From Chiloscyllium plagiosum (Eukaryota), in the NCBI RefSeq assembly GCF_004010195.1, contig NC_057720.1, forward strand, positions 16,372,478-16,436,477: a DNA stretch of 64,000 nt, in the 5' to 3' direction. This document shows positions 25,553-38,558 of the stretch, one piece after another; position 1 is the first letter of the stretch; each line of letters starts with the position of its first letter. A program made the position numbers and the translations under genes. The notes beneath the pieces are model-generated. The model ran no database searches. It was not told where the DNA came from and worked only from the letters and a program-made list of their open reading frames with translations.

Positions 25553-27075
25553 AAAAAATTCACTCATGGGTTGTGTGGATCGCTGGCTGGGCCAGCGTTT
25601 CTCACCAACCCCAAGTTGCCCTTGAGCACTTCTGGTAAGCTACCTTCTTGAATTGCTACACTCCATTTGATGTATGTAGACATACAATGCCAGAAGGGAA
25701 GAACTTCTTGGATTTTGACCCAATAACTCTGAAGAAACAGTGATATATTTCCAAGTCAGGATGGTGTGTGGTTTGGATGGCAACATGCAGGTGGTGTGTT
25801 TCTATGCTTCTGCTACCCTTGTCCTTCTAGAGGGTAGTGAATTTGGAAGGTGCTAAAGATCTTTTGCAAATCTCTGCAGTCCATCTTGCAGATGGTACAC
25901 ATTGCTGCTACTGACCATCTGTGGTGAAGGGATTAAATATTTATGCATGTGGTGCCCATCAAGTGGGCTGCTTTGTCCCAGATAATATCAAAATTCTCCA
26001 GTGTTGTTGGAGTTGCAAACATCCAGCAAATTAGGGAACATTCAATCATACTCCTGTCTTGTGCCTTGTAGATGGTGGACAGGCTTTGGCGAGTTAGAGG
26101 AGTTACTTGCTGCAGGAGTCCTAGCCTCTGACCTGCTCTTTACATAGTTGGTACAGTTCAGTTTCTGGTCAATGGTAACTACCCAGGATGTCGATAATGG
26201 GGAATTCAATGATGATAAAATCATTGAATGCAAAGAGTAGTGGTTACATTTTCTCTTAGAGTTGACCATTGCCTGCCATTTGCAGGATAGAAATGCTACT
26301 TGTCCAGGTTTTTCTGCATTTGAACATGGGTTGCTTCAATATCTGAGGAATCACAAATGGGACTGAATATTGTACAATCATCAATGAACAGCCCACTTCT
26401 GACCTTATGATGGATGGAATGTCATTGACGAAGCAGCTAAAGATAGTTGGACCTTGGAAACTATCCTGATGAACTCAACAGGGGGTTCTTGTGGCACAGT
26501 GGTAGTGTCCCTCCTTCTGGGCCAGAACATCCAGTTTCAGGTCCCACCTGCTGCAGACATGTGCTGCAACATGTCTGAACAGGTTGATTAAAAATATCTA
26601 TCCTGAGGGACTTGACTTTGGTTCTTATGGTGCAGTAGTGGTGTATTGGAAAATATCTACCCTGAGGAACCCCTGCTCTGGAACGGAGACGACTGACTTC
26701 CAACAACCAGAACCACCCTTCCAGGTAAGACTCTAACCAATAAGGAGTTGTCCCCACTCTCAATGATTCCAGTTTTGTTCGGGTTTCTTGATGCTGCCTC
26801 AGATAAATGCTGCCTTAATGTCAAGGACAGTCGGTATCACTTCACCTCTGGAACTCTGCTCTTTAGTCTATGTTTGTAATGAGTGGCCCTGGTGGAACCC
26901 ATACTGGGTGTCAGTGAGCAGGTTGCTGGTGAAAATTATGATGTCAAACATTGTGCAATTATTGATAAAATTCCCCACTTCTGATCTTATGATAGAGGGA
27001 AGGTCATTGATGAAGCAACTGAAGATGGTTAGGCCTAAGACACTACGCTGAGAAACTCCTGCAGAGAGGTCTTGG
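25553..27075 (-). mobile_element. Zenon-like CR1-group LINE fragments with short SINE insertions at 26481-26656
   Basis: Reverse complement of the family at 18110-20166 (AGVPQG, SVLGLTIFSCFINDLPSIIRSEVG). Confidence 0.85.
26481..26597 (+). mobile_element. Short tRNA-derived SINE
   Basis: tggcacagtgg A-box, B-box-like gtttcaggtcc, flanked by ~16-bp target repeats. Confidence 0.75.
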
Positions 27076-27727
27076 AGTGGTTCCCAATATGCAACAAAAA
27101 GACATCTAAAAGGGAAATGCTGGGTAAGCATGGTCAATTAGAAAGATATGTATTGCATTCCATTGGAAGCCTTCTTACATTCTTTAAGTCCTCAAGGCCT
27201 TCTGGTTTCTGTACTCCAATGACTGATTCTAGGATCCAGACTTGCTCCTAAATGCCCCTCAAGAAGTGAACCTCTTCTCAGTGATAAGTCCTGCCATGAC
27301 AGGCTGTACCATATGTGCAATTGACCTGTATTAATGATGAATCCCACCAATTAAAATCACACTGCAACTTTAACAGATGCATAGTCAGTCAGATGCAGTA
27401 TACTTTGGTTGTACTGTTTCTATTCAACAGCCAGATAAAAGGAAACAGCTAAACACAGCAACTTGTCTTCATATAACCTCAATAATGTGCTAAACATGTC
27501 CCAACATGTTTCACTGGAGCCACTTGAGATATTTGGTTAAAAGCCTAGGCATACAGTTTTGGCTTTAACGAGTGATCTTGAAGGAGGAAAATGAGGTAGA
27601 GACATAAATGTCTTTTTTGGGGTGGGAATTTTAAAATTTGATCATGTGACGTGGATATCAACAGCTGGTCAGCAGTTATTGCTGATGCCTGGTTGCCCTT
27701 GAGGTGGTGGTGGTGAGCTGCCTTCTT

Positions 27728-27960
27728 TATTTCTTTTTTATAGAGTTGGAGGGAGAAATGATGCACTCCACAAGTTCCTGTTTATTATTATTATTTTTTT
27801 CTTCTTTTTCTTAAACCCCAACACTACTGCCTAAGTGCGGTAGTGCTTATTTTTTCCCCAGCACCCATGGTGTGTGTGTGCAGGTGTGAGACACAGTGAA
27901 AGACACAAAGTGCACGAATCTTTATTCAAATTCCACCACCAGGAAGATAGGAAAACACCC
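27728..27960 (-). mobile_element. Poly(A)-tailed LINE 3' end pieces (Tx1/L1-like, tentative)
   Basis: AATAAA, stem-loop cactaccgc/gcagtagtg and A-rich tail. An adjacent short piece encodes VECIISPSNS. Confidence 0.5.
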
Positions 27961-28116
27961 ACATCTTTGGACTGTGGGAGGAAACCGGAGCACCCGGAGG
28001 AAACCCACGCAGACACGGGGAGAATGTGCAAACTCCACACAGTCAGTCGCCTGAGTCGGGAATTGAACCCGGGTCTCTGGCGCTGTGAGGCAGCAGTGCT
28101 AACCACTGTGCCACCG
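27961..28116 (-). mobile_element. HE1-type SINE 5' half
   Basis: Intact A/B boxes and V-domain, ending at ccaaagatgt. Confidence 0.92.
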
Positions 28117-29378
28117 ACTAGTATTCTAGTATCTTGACCCAGCAAGAGTGATAAATTCCGAGACAGGATATTGAGTGGGTTGGAGGGAAACTTGCAGTTT
28201 GTCTTCTCCCATTTGGCTGCTGCCCTTGTCCTCCAGATGGACGTGTTTATGGATTTTGGAAGGTACTAAGGATCTTTGGTGTATAATTGCAGTGCATTAT
28301 GTAAATAGTAGCAATAGTGTGTACTAAGTGTCGGTGATATACGGAATGCATGTTTGTGGATATGATGCCAATCAAGCATCTCATGTGTTCTTGGGGCTGT
28401 ACCAATCCAAGCCAGTATTTCACCACACTCCTAACTGTGCCTTGTAAATGATTATCAGATTTTGGGAGGTTAGATGGCGAGTTACTAGTATTCCTAGCGT
28501 CTGACCAGCTCTTGTAGCCACTGCATTTATGTGGCGGGTCCAGTTCAATTTCTGGTCACTGGTGACTCCCAAGGTCATTGACAGTGGAGGAATTCATTGA
28601 ATGTGGTGGTTAGATTGCCTCATATTGGAGATGGGCATTGATTGGCATTTATTGGGCACAAACATTATTTGCTACGTGTCATGGTGACATTCCAGAGCAT
28701 GGTGCCTAAATAACTAAAAATCAAGAATCAGAGAGATTATGAAGTTTTATGGTGTTTAAAGGGCACTTCTCATTACTGTCAGTAGAATTGGAAACTTAAC
28801 ACATATGCACAAACTTTTTTTCTTCACTTGTTAGAGGAATTGTTTTGAAGTACGCATCCCAATTTCTGATTCTTCCTGCCAGTACAAATTAGTCCCTGTC
28901 TTAATCACAGATAGTAAAAATGCTTGTCTATCTTTTTTTCTACTCAGAGGGACTCAAGTATGGTCAAAGCAGCAGCAACCCCTCACTTGAGTGAAGGTTC
29001 AGTCCAAATACAGACATCATAGCTCTTAAAGAATGAGGTCATAAAAGCACACAAGATACTGTTGGTGCAGGAAACATATTAGTCCATTTAAAATGCATTG
29101 CTATAGGATGATGTCTAATGTGTTGAATTCCTTGCCATTTATGTATAGGTTTCATTGACACTCTACATGTTTCTACAGCATGGAGAAAAATAGGCTTTTG
29201 GCTCATCATGTCTGTGCTGGTCATCAAGTATCTATTGATTTGATATTGATCCTGATGTTCCAGCAGAAAATACTGAGCAATCACTTCTGTTTACTCATTG
29301 AATGATGGTTTGAACAAGTGTCAAGCCATCCAATTTAATTTTAATCCACGCAAAAGCTCAGACAATAATACAGGAATA

Positions 29379-29680
29379 GGGCGGCATGGTGACACAGTGG
29401 TTAGCAGCGTCTGAGACCCAGGTTCAATTCCCGCCTCAGGCAACTGTCTGTGTGGAGTTTGCACATTCTCCCCGTGTCTGCGTGGGTTTCCTCCGGGTGC
29501 TCTGGTTTCCTCCCACAGTCCAAAAATGTGCAGGTAACGTGAACTGGCCATGTTAAATTGCCCTTAGTGTTAGGTGAAGGGGTAAATGTAGGGGAATGGG
29601 TCTGGGTGGGTTGGTCTTCAGAGGGTTGGTGTGGACTTGTTGGGCCGAAGGGCCTGTTTCCACACTAAGTAATCTAATTA
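29379..29680 (+). mobile_element. HE1-type V-SINE
   Basis: Full head-to-tail match to the other copies, with a small deletion in the tRNA head. Confidence 0.92.
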
Positions 29681-30384
29681 CCCAAGAGGTCGGTCACAAC
29701 TCTCTGGAATAATTTGCCTTAGCATCCCAGCCATTCCTAAAGGTGCAAATTTGGGGATCCTTGCATTAACTTTATGCTCAGTGATCCTCCATATTTGTCT
29801 TTACAGACCTAACAACAGTGAACTTTTCAACTACTTACCTTGATTTTGAGCATACTGTATATAATCTGCTTTTCTTAGTCAGCTGCAGGACCACTATAGA
29901 TCTCTATTAGTTGCAAGGTAGAGCACATCTTCCACCTGTTCTTCCCTCACAAAATCCAAACTGAACTGCTTGCTTCTGTCAGCAAACATACACAGATAAA
30001 TTAATCAACGAACATCTAACCAAGTCCCAACCCTGAAACACCATATCAAAGACAACATGGTATAATTTGGGCTAAATTACAAATAAACTGTTTAACCTTC
30101 AACATAACTTTTATATTGCCAATGGATTTTTGAGACTCTTTCCTCCAGATTACTTGGTTCCAATACAGACTTAGAGAAGATAAGCAATTTAGTTTCTCAC
30201 TGTCAATTCTGACAGTGCAAGACAAATGCATTTTAATTATTATCTATAACTAACTCCAAACTTATTTGAATTGCATTTATTTCAGGGCTGCTTATGAGGT
30301 TCAACATCAAATGCCCTGCTTATCCACGTTAAAAATTCCTAAACCAAAATTTATATTTTAAAACAAACTAAGAACAGAAAATCA

Positions 30385-31560
30385 GAACTGGAGAATCAGA
30401 ACCATTTGCCCCCTCAAGCCTGCTCAGTTAACCAGATCATAGCTGATCTTGTACTACAATGACATTTTCATGCAAAATTATTGACATTTTAATATCTTAA
30501 TCTATCAATTTCTGGCTTGAAAATATTCAAAAATGGAGACTCTGCAACACTGAAAGGTAGAGAATTCCAAAGATTCATTATCTTCTGAGTTAAGAAATTG
30601 CTCCTAGCCTCAATTTTACTTCTTATACTGAGATTGACCTATTTCTTATCTGGAGACTATGCCCTGGTTATAGATCTCCCATCAAGGGGACATCCTTCCT
30701 ACATTTACCATGTTAAGCCCTCTAAGAATGAGAGATCACCTCTCATCTAAGCTCAACAGAATAGAAGCCCAGTCTCCTCAATCTCTCCTTACAGAGCAAT
30801 GCTGCCATCCAAGACATCAGTCTGTTGAACCCTTCATTGTGCCCCTTCTGTGGATGCCAATATATTATCTGCAACCTATGTGCTCTAATTTCACTTTCTA
30901 CTTTCCTGTGTGGGACCTTATTGAAAAATTTCTGAATATCCAAATACACCGCATCCACTGGTTTACTTTATCTTTTCTGTTTGAAAGGTTTGTTAAAGCA
31001 ATTTCTCATTCATAAATCCATGTTGATGATGCGCAATCTTACCACCTTTTTCTAGGTCTCTAATTATTACATCATTCATAATAGATTCAAACATTTTCCT
31101 TACTAATGTGATTAACAGGTATGTAGTTACCAGTTTTCTCTCTTCCTCCCTTCTTAATAATTGAGGTGTTAGGTTACATTACAGCCTGGAAGAACCATTA
31201 CAGAGTTCAGAGAATCCTGGAGAATGACCACCATTGCATCTACTATCTCTATAGTTATGTCTTATAACTTTGGGATGTAGACCAGGTCACAGTGATTCAC
31301 AACTTTCAGACCCTTTAATTTCTCCGCTTTTTTTTTAAAAGTTAATTTCTTTCAATTTCTCACACCTGCTGGTCTCTTGGTTCTTGTGTATTCCAAGGTT
31401 TTTCATGTTTTACCCCTTAGGACAGATGAAAAGTATTTGCTTCTCTGCCATTTCAATATTCCCAAATGTAAATTCTCCTGTTTCTGCCTATAGAAGGTCA
31501 AATTTGTCTTTTTTAATTGTTTCCCTCTTACATGCCAATACAAACTTTCCTCTAATTTGA
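30385..31560 (-). mobile_element. Old CR1 LINE with internal deletions
   Basis: MDAVYLDIQKFFNKVPHRK and ERLRRLGFYSVE. Confidence 0.8.
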
Positions 31561-32700
31561 TTGAGATCTCAGAGTGAAGCAGTAATACTTTGTACCGTCA
31601 GACGCCTTTAACCTATTTTTCACCTTTGTCCTTAGCCGCACTGCCAAATATCTTTAAGAGGGAATGTATTTATGATATCATTTGACAGCTCACTGTTGGA
31701 CCAACAACATCACAGTGAAAAAAAAAATCAAAATTTCTGTGAAAGTCTTTCAGGAAGCCTTTTTGCCAACAATTGTGTCCAAGTGGCCCTAAAAGTGAGA
31801 AGTTTGCAGATCATGTTTGGCAGATTTTCAGAGGCTTCAAAGCTGTTTTGATTGATCAGTCTTGGAAAGACTTGAGGCTCTATACCAGTGAAATTCCAGC
31901 ACTGTTCAACTTAGCGTCTCCAGCAATGATAGAAAGCTGGACAATGAAGATAGTTTTAAACACCTTGTACCACCAGTAGAGACAAAGAAATACCAGCTAT
32001 CCTCAGCAAGGTGAGCCAGGCATTCAAAGGTTTTGTACCCGAATACGAAACCACTGTAGCATTAGAATATACATCTTGATTTTCTTTTACTAGCAATGCT
32101 CCTTCCGTTACTTCCCTTCTTTGTGATTGACAGTCCTGGATTTTATAATGGAAGCTCAAAGCTGTTGGAACAATCTAACATGCATGTTCTTCGATGTATT
32201 CTTGGCATCGATCAGCAAGACTGGATTACAAATCTCAAAATTTTAAGTAAGCCCAGTTGACAAGTGTTGAGGTAACTTTTTCACTCAAAGGATGGTGTGT
32301 GTGTGAAATGAGTTGCCAGAGGAAGTGGCAGAATCTGGTACAATTACAACATTTAAAAGACATCTTGATGCATATATGAATAGAAAAGGTTTAGAGAGAT
32401 AAGGGCCAAGTGCTGGCAAATGGGACTGGATTGATTTAGGATATCTGGTCTGCATGGACAAGTTGGACCGAAAGGTCTGTTTCCGTGATGTACTTAGCTA
32501 TGGTTCTATGACTACTGAAAGACCAACTGCTCTGGGAAGGATTTGCAATTTGTATAGAAGATTCTGAGACAATTCTGCATGAAGACTTACTTTCAGGCAA
32601 AAAAACCATCAGCTGTGCAGGATCTACAAACACATGCTGAAGGGAAATCTGACGTTATGTGGCATTCAGCTGAAGGAGCTGGAGAGCTCTGACTCATCAG
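31560..32700 (+). mobile_element. Old RTE-clade LINE fragment, interrupted by a CR1 3' end at 32272-32515
   Basis: Decayed GVKQ, L+ADD-like and CLR.IL.I.WQD.ITN-like RTE motifs. The CR1 tail gtctgtttccgtgatgta lies inside it. Confidence 0.6.
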
Positions 32701-33559
32701 TTCTTTTCAAAAGTGACAAAACCTCTATTTTCTTTGACCGTAAATAACTTCACAAAGTAACATCTGTCCATGACACCATGACTTCCAATACAACTGTTTC
32801 TGACTGCGCATCCCGACCGCGGTCACACAAACATCTCCTCTGAATTCAAAGATCAATCATCATAACTATTATAAGCTTTTACAGATCCTTACTAATTTAT
32901 TTTCATTTTCTATTGCTTTAAAATTTCTTGGATCTTCTTTGCTGAATTATAAAATGCACCCAATCCTTAATAATCCATAACACTGAAAACTGAAAATTAT
33001 TGATAGTTATAAATTTTCATGTTATATAAATGTTGGCTCCAGTTTGATGCCTGGTCCATAGGGCATATATCTCAACAGCTGGTGAAAAATAACCAATGGC
33101 ACATTCTTATAGTTGTTCACAAAAAAAGCAGAGTCCTGACCATATTCAATCAGTCCATAGCTGGAAAACTCAGAACACAGTCTAACATTAGATGTGATTC
33201 TGTGATTGGGCAGCCCTTACTGAATAATTCCAAATGTGCACATTTAACAACCAAGATAAGTTGAGCTTGCAATAGGGTTTACACGCACTTGACAGAAACT
33301 ACATACATTTAAATGCATGGCCTGTCCTCTCCAGGTTAAAGGAGTTTGTCCAGGCATTGCACCTCTTTAATTAAAACAAAGCTTGGGGATACTGTTCCAC
33401 GATGGACTTTCCATGGAACAATATCCTCCAAGCTTTTGGTTAATTGAGCAGAGCTACATTTAGAGAACTTAAACACAAGTTCTGAGATCTGTTCCTTTGC
33501 GCATTTTCTATGGTAATGACTTAAGCAATCATCATGCTGATCTTCCAGTAGTAAAAATT

Positions 33560-33650
33560 GCTGTCCCCTTTGAAATCTGGTGTTCTTGCATTTGTCCTGA
33601 TTAGTACAAAACAAAACGTTTTGACAGCAAGAATCCTCTTTCAGAAATAA
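33560..33650 (+). mobile_element. PLE-type terminal repeat remnant with decayed hammerhead
   Basis: ggtgttcttgcatttgtcctgattagtacaaaacaaaacgttttgaca; related to 39855-40070. Confidence 0.5.
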
Positions 33651-33703
33651 AAAATGCAAAATTTTAAATCAGACAAGTTTGAGCATTTCTGGGACCCATG
33701 GTT

Positions 33704-35905
33704 TAGACCATAAGACATAGGAGTGGAATTAAGGCCATTCGGTCCATCTAGTCCATTCCGCCATTTAATCATGGCTGATGGGCATTTCAACTCCACTTAC
33801 CTGCATTTTCCCCGTAGCCCTTAATTCTTTGTGACATCAAGAATTTACCAATCTCTGCCTTGAAGACATTTAGCGTCCCGGCCTCCACTGCATTCCGCGG
33901 CAATGAATTCCACAGGCCAACCACTCTCTAGCTGAAGAAATGTCTCCGCATTTCTGTTCTGAATTGACCCTCTCTAATTCTAAGGCTGTGCCCACAGGTC
34001 CTAGTCTTCTCGCCTAACGGAAACAATTTCTTAGCGTCCACCCTTTCCAAGCCATGTATTATCTTGTAAGTTTCTATTAGATCTCTCCTTAACCTTCTAA
34101 ACTCCAATGAGTACAATCCCAGGATCCTCAGCCGTTCCTCGTATGTTAGACCTACCATTCCAGGGATCATCCGTGTGAATCTCCACTGGACATGCTCCAG
34201 TGCCAGTATGTCCCTCCTGAGGTGTGGGGCCCAAAACTGGACACAGTACTCCAAATGGGGCCTAACCAGAGCTTTATAAAGTCTCAGTAGCACATCACTG
34301 CTTTTATATTTCAACCCTCGAGATAAATGACAACATTGCATTCGCTTTCTTAATCACGGATTCAACCTGCATGTTTACCTTTAGAGGATCCTCGACTAGC
34401 AGTCCCAGATCCCTTTGTACTTTGGCTTTATGAAATTTCTCACTGCTTAGAAAGTAGTCCATGCTTGTATTCTTTTTTCCAAAGTGCAAGACCTCGCATT
34501 TGCTCACATTGAACTTCATCAGCCATTTCCTGGACCACTCTCCCAAACTGTCTAGATCCTTCTGCAGCCTCCCCACTTCCTCAGTACTACCTGCTTGTCC
34601 ACCTATCTTCGTATCATCGGCAAACTTCGCTAGAATGCCCCCAGTCCCTTCATCCAGATCATTAATATATAAAGTGAACAGCTGCGGACCCAACACTGAA
34701 CCCTGTGGGATACCGCTTGTCACCAGCTGCCATTCCTAAAAAGAACTTCTTATCCCAACTCTCTGCCTTCTGTCAGACAGCCAATCCTCAATCCATGCCA
34801 GTAATCCATGTTGACTTGTTCTAATCCGACCCTGCTCTTCCAAGAATTTAGAAACCTCATCCTTAATGATGGATTCTAGAGTTTTACCAACAACCGAGGT
34901 TAGGCTAATTGGCCTATAATTTTCCATCTTTTGTCTTGATCCTTTCTTGAACAAGGGGCTTACAACAGCGATCTTCCAATTATCCCAGGACTTTCCCTGA
35001 CTCCAGTGACTTTTGAAAGATCTCAACCAACACCTCCGCTATTTCCTCACCACCTCCCTCAGAACTCTAGGATGTAGCTCATCGGGGCCAGGAGATTTGT
35101 CAATTTTAAGACCTTTTAGCTTTTCTAGCACCATCTCATTTGTAATGGCAACCATACTCAACTCAGCCCCCTGACTCCCTTTAATTGTTGGGATATTACT
35201 CATGTCTTCCACTGTGAAGACTGATGCAAAGTAATTAAGTTCTCCAGTTATTTCCTTATCTCCCAACACTAGGCTTCCAGCATCAGTTTGAAGTGGCCCA
35301 ATGTCTACTTTTGCCTGTCGTTTGTTTCTTATGTATTGAAAGAAACTTTTACTATCATTTCTAATATTACCTTTATATTTGATCCTCTCCTTCCTTATTT
35401 CTCTCTTTGTTATCCTCGGTTTGTTTTTGTAGCCTTCCCAATCTTCTGATTTCCGAGTACTCTTGGCCACTTTATAGGATCTCTCTTTTTCTTTGACACA
35501 TTTCCTGACTTCCTTTGTCAGCCATGGCTGTCTAATCCCTCCCCGGATAATCTTTGTTTTCTTGGGGATGAACCTCTGTACTGTGTCCTCAATTATACCC
35601 ACAAACTCCTGCCATTTTTGCTCTACTGTCTTCCCTGCTAGGCTCTGCTTCCAGTCGATTTTCGTCAGTTCCTCTCTCATGCTGTCGTAATTACCTTTAT
35701 TTAACTGTAACACTATTACATCCGATTTTGCCTTCTCTCTTTCAAACTGCAGACTGAACTCTACCATATTATGATCGCTGATTCCTAAGTGTTCTCTTAC
35801 TTTAAGATCTTTTATAAAGTCTGGTTCATTACATAGCACTAGGTCCAGAATAGCCTGCTCCCTTGTGGGCTCCATGACAAGCTGTTCCAAAAACCATCTG
35901 TACAT
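33704..35905 (-). mobile_element. Relatively young CR1 LINE, 5' truncated (end of APE domain, RT, 3' UTR)
   Basis: Long ORF pieces PTREQAILDLVL...SDHN, KSPGPDELHPRVL, GIPQGSVLGPQLF...FADDTK and VRPHLEYCVQFW. Internal deletion near 34803. Confidence 0.95.
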
Positions 35906-36962
35906 TTTATGCATTATTCCAGTAAGGATGTATCAAAACCAGAAAGAGTTGGATGTTCACGGCAACATTAAAGAAATATTTGTGTTTTCATATACCTTTA
36001 CACAAACATCTTTGATAATAACTAATTCTGTTTGGATGGGTACCCCAACACTACCTTTCATACATGCTCCACATCCCTTCACTCTTCTCAGACAAATTAA
36101 CATTCAATAGTTTGAAATTTGCCATCACTTCCACAGAGTCCTTATTGCCTTTTAATTTATTTTTAATTTGAACAAAAACAAAAGAAAAAACCCAAAGTGA
36201 CTTCAGGGAAACAAAATGGCAAGCATTATACCAGTAAACCAGCCAAGTGTTGTCTGTGCCACTGACTTCTGTTGATTTAAATTTGGTTGTTAAGAGTAAA
36301 TATCTTAAAAACATGAAATCCTGCCCGACCTTTTTTTGTTCATCGCTGGGAAATTCAGCTTATTAAAAGTTTACTGGTCTGTATGGGAATCACAACAGAT
36401 ATCAAAAGCACATTTTAAACATATTGATTCAACTAGTGGCAGATGTGTGTGCCTGCAATGGATGCTGTTAACAGCATAGATATGAATCATTTCATATGGT
36501 CATTAATGAAAGCCTCATAACCCTGACTTGACAGAATCAAATGTTCACACCATAAAATTTAAGGGCAATAAGAACTTATAAATAAAGAAAAGTATTCCAT
36601 TGAACTATCAAGATATTTTGGTAGCGATATTTCCATAATTTACTAGCACAGTACAAACAGTAACATAATTCATTGGCTCCGCTGCTATGTGCTGCTGTCC
36701 AATCTCTGCTTCAGTTGAAGGATTGTAAAAATATGTAGTGAATAAAACCAGTGATAATTCCAATCAATTATGACATTGCACCTGGGAGGAACAGAAACCT
36801 TGGTTCAATGTTTATTTGACTACAGTCATTTCATTGAAGGTCTTGATTACTTCTCATAGCATCAGGTTGGAAGGTATGGTCAATAGATGATATTTGAAAA
36901 GAAAATGTATAATTTGCCCTTAGAGTTGAAAGATGATGGACTCTGGCGATGAAACCTTAATG

Positions 36963-37300
36963 AAAAGACTTGCATCTATCACAAACACAGGACATTTCAA
37001 AGAGCATTACTTTTGATAATGTAGTCACTGATGGGATGGAAAGCCATGATAGCCAATTTCCACACTGAATTCTTACGATATTCTACATGATGTCGACTAA
37101 GGATCATGCGTTAGCCAGGACATAAGGGTGAATCTCCTGCTTTTCTTTAAAATAATGCCAGGAATATTTTATATCCACCTCAGGAATGATCAGACCTCAG
37201 TTTAACCTCCCATTTAAGAACATTTCTACTGTTCTTAAGTATATGATTGCAACTTATGATCTTGTTTCAGCATTTAGAAGGAATTGGCACTATCAAGGAT
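36963..37300 (-). mobile_element. Deu-domain SINE, old
   Basis: aaagacttgcatctat...gtagtcactg tail; colinear with 25128-25485. Confidence 0.65.
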
Positions 37301-37577
37301 GACATCATTGTTTGATGATTCACTCAGCAGGAACATATTATCACATTTAGGTGAATGCTAGAAAAGCCAGGAAGAACAAGAAATGTCATAAAGCTCAACA
37401 ATGACAAGTGTATATTCAGTGTAAATTAGCTCCTTTTCATGGGAGTTCAGTTACAGAAGTCAAAACTGAGTGTGAACTTTGCTTACTAATTTAAAAAAAC
37501 TCAATTGGTCCAAAAATGCCTGCAGGCTTACACCATGACACAAGGATTTTTTAAATGGTGCAAAAAAAACCTTAACT

Positions 37578-37776
37578 AAAAGTCACACAACACCAGGTTA
37601 TAGTCTAACAGGTTTATTCGGAAGCACTAGCTTTCGGAGTGTTGCTCCTTCATCAGTTGAAGAAGGAGCAGTGGTCTGAAAGGTGGTGCTTACAAATAAA
37701 CCGGTTGGACTGTAACCTGGTGTTATGAGATTTTTAACTTTGTACATCATAGTCCAACACCGGCACCTCCAAATCA
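37578..37776. mobile_element. Palindromic Penelope-like terminal repeat pair
   Basis: Inverted arms centred at about 37657. The minus arm reads CUGAUGA-A-GGAG-CAACA-CUCC-GAAA-GCUA. Confidence 0.85.
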
Positions 37777-38262
37777 AAAAATCTTAAGGTCAATCTTGAA
37801 TAATTAATTATGCCACTCTATATTTTCCTATTATACTCATTAAAAAATGTGTTCCAGTAACTATTATTCTGTTCCATTAAAATCAATGGTGATAGCAATT
37901 GCTCCCAGTATAAACCAGGCACCAGAGCTCAGACACAGAAATACTGGCTCTGGTGACCTGGCACTAATGTGATTTTTTTTACTTCAAGATCCTGTTTAAA
38001 CTCCTAGCTGTTAACAATGTATTTCTGTTACGAACATTAAACAAAGATATTTAAGTATCTAGTTCCTGCAATGGAACTAATATCATCATGTTGAATGCAA
38101 TTCAACACAGGAAATAGTTAAGAATTTAAATGGCCCCATATTTTAATTGTGTTTTCCTACAATGGTTATCCAACTAAAACCACCATCACAACAAATATAT
38201 ATTTTCAAATCACTAATTTTCTTGTAGATCACTAGTGTTTCAATTAGTTATGAGTAAATTAT

Positions 38263-38558
38263 TAGATGAGATTACTTACAGTGTGGAAACAGGCCCTTCG
38301 GCCCAACAAGTCCACACCGACCCTCCGAAGAGCAACCCACCCAGACCCATTCCACTACATTTACCCCTTCACCGAACACTATGGGCAATTTACATGGCCA
38401 ATTCATCTAACTTGCACATCTCTGGACTGTGGGAGGAAATTCACGCAGATACGGGGAGAATGTGCAACTCCACACAGACAGTTGCCCGAGCCGGGAATTG
38501 AACCCGGGTCTCTGTCACTGTGAGGCAGCAGTGCTAACGACTGTGCCACCGTGCCGCC
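38263..38558 (-). mobile_element. HE1-type V-SINE
   Basis: Near full length, flanked by aattat direct repeats. Confidence 0.93.

Larger units (their letters stand above)
27625..28680 (-). mobile_element. Zenon-like LINE 3' part, interrupted at 27728-28118
   Basis: KKAAHHHHLKGN end on the minus strand; the LINE resumes after 28120. Confidence 0.75.

Noticed and set aside
33928..35914. Long ORFs as a host gene or active LINE
   Set aside because: Frameshifted, 5'-truncated, internally deleted CR1 ORF2.
38485..38558. tRNA-like sequences with A/B boxes (here and in the other SINE heads)
   Set aside because: They are SINE heads continuing into V-domain bodies, not tRNA genes.
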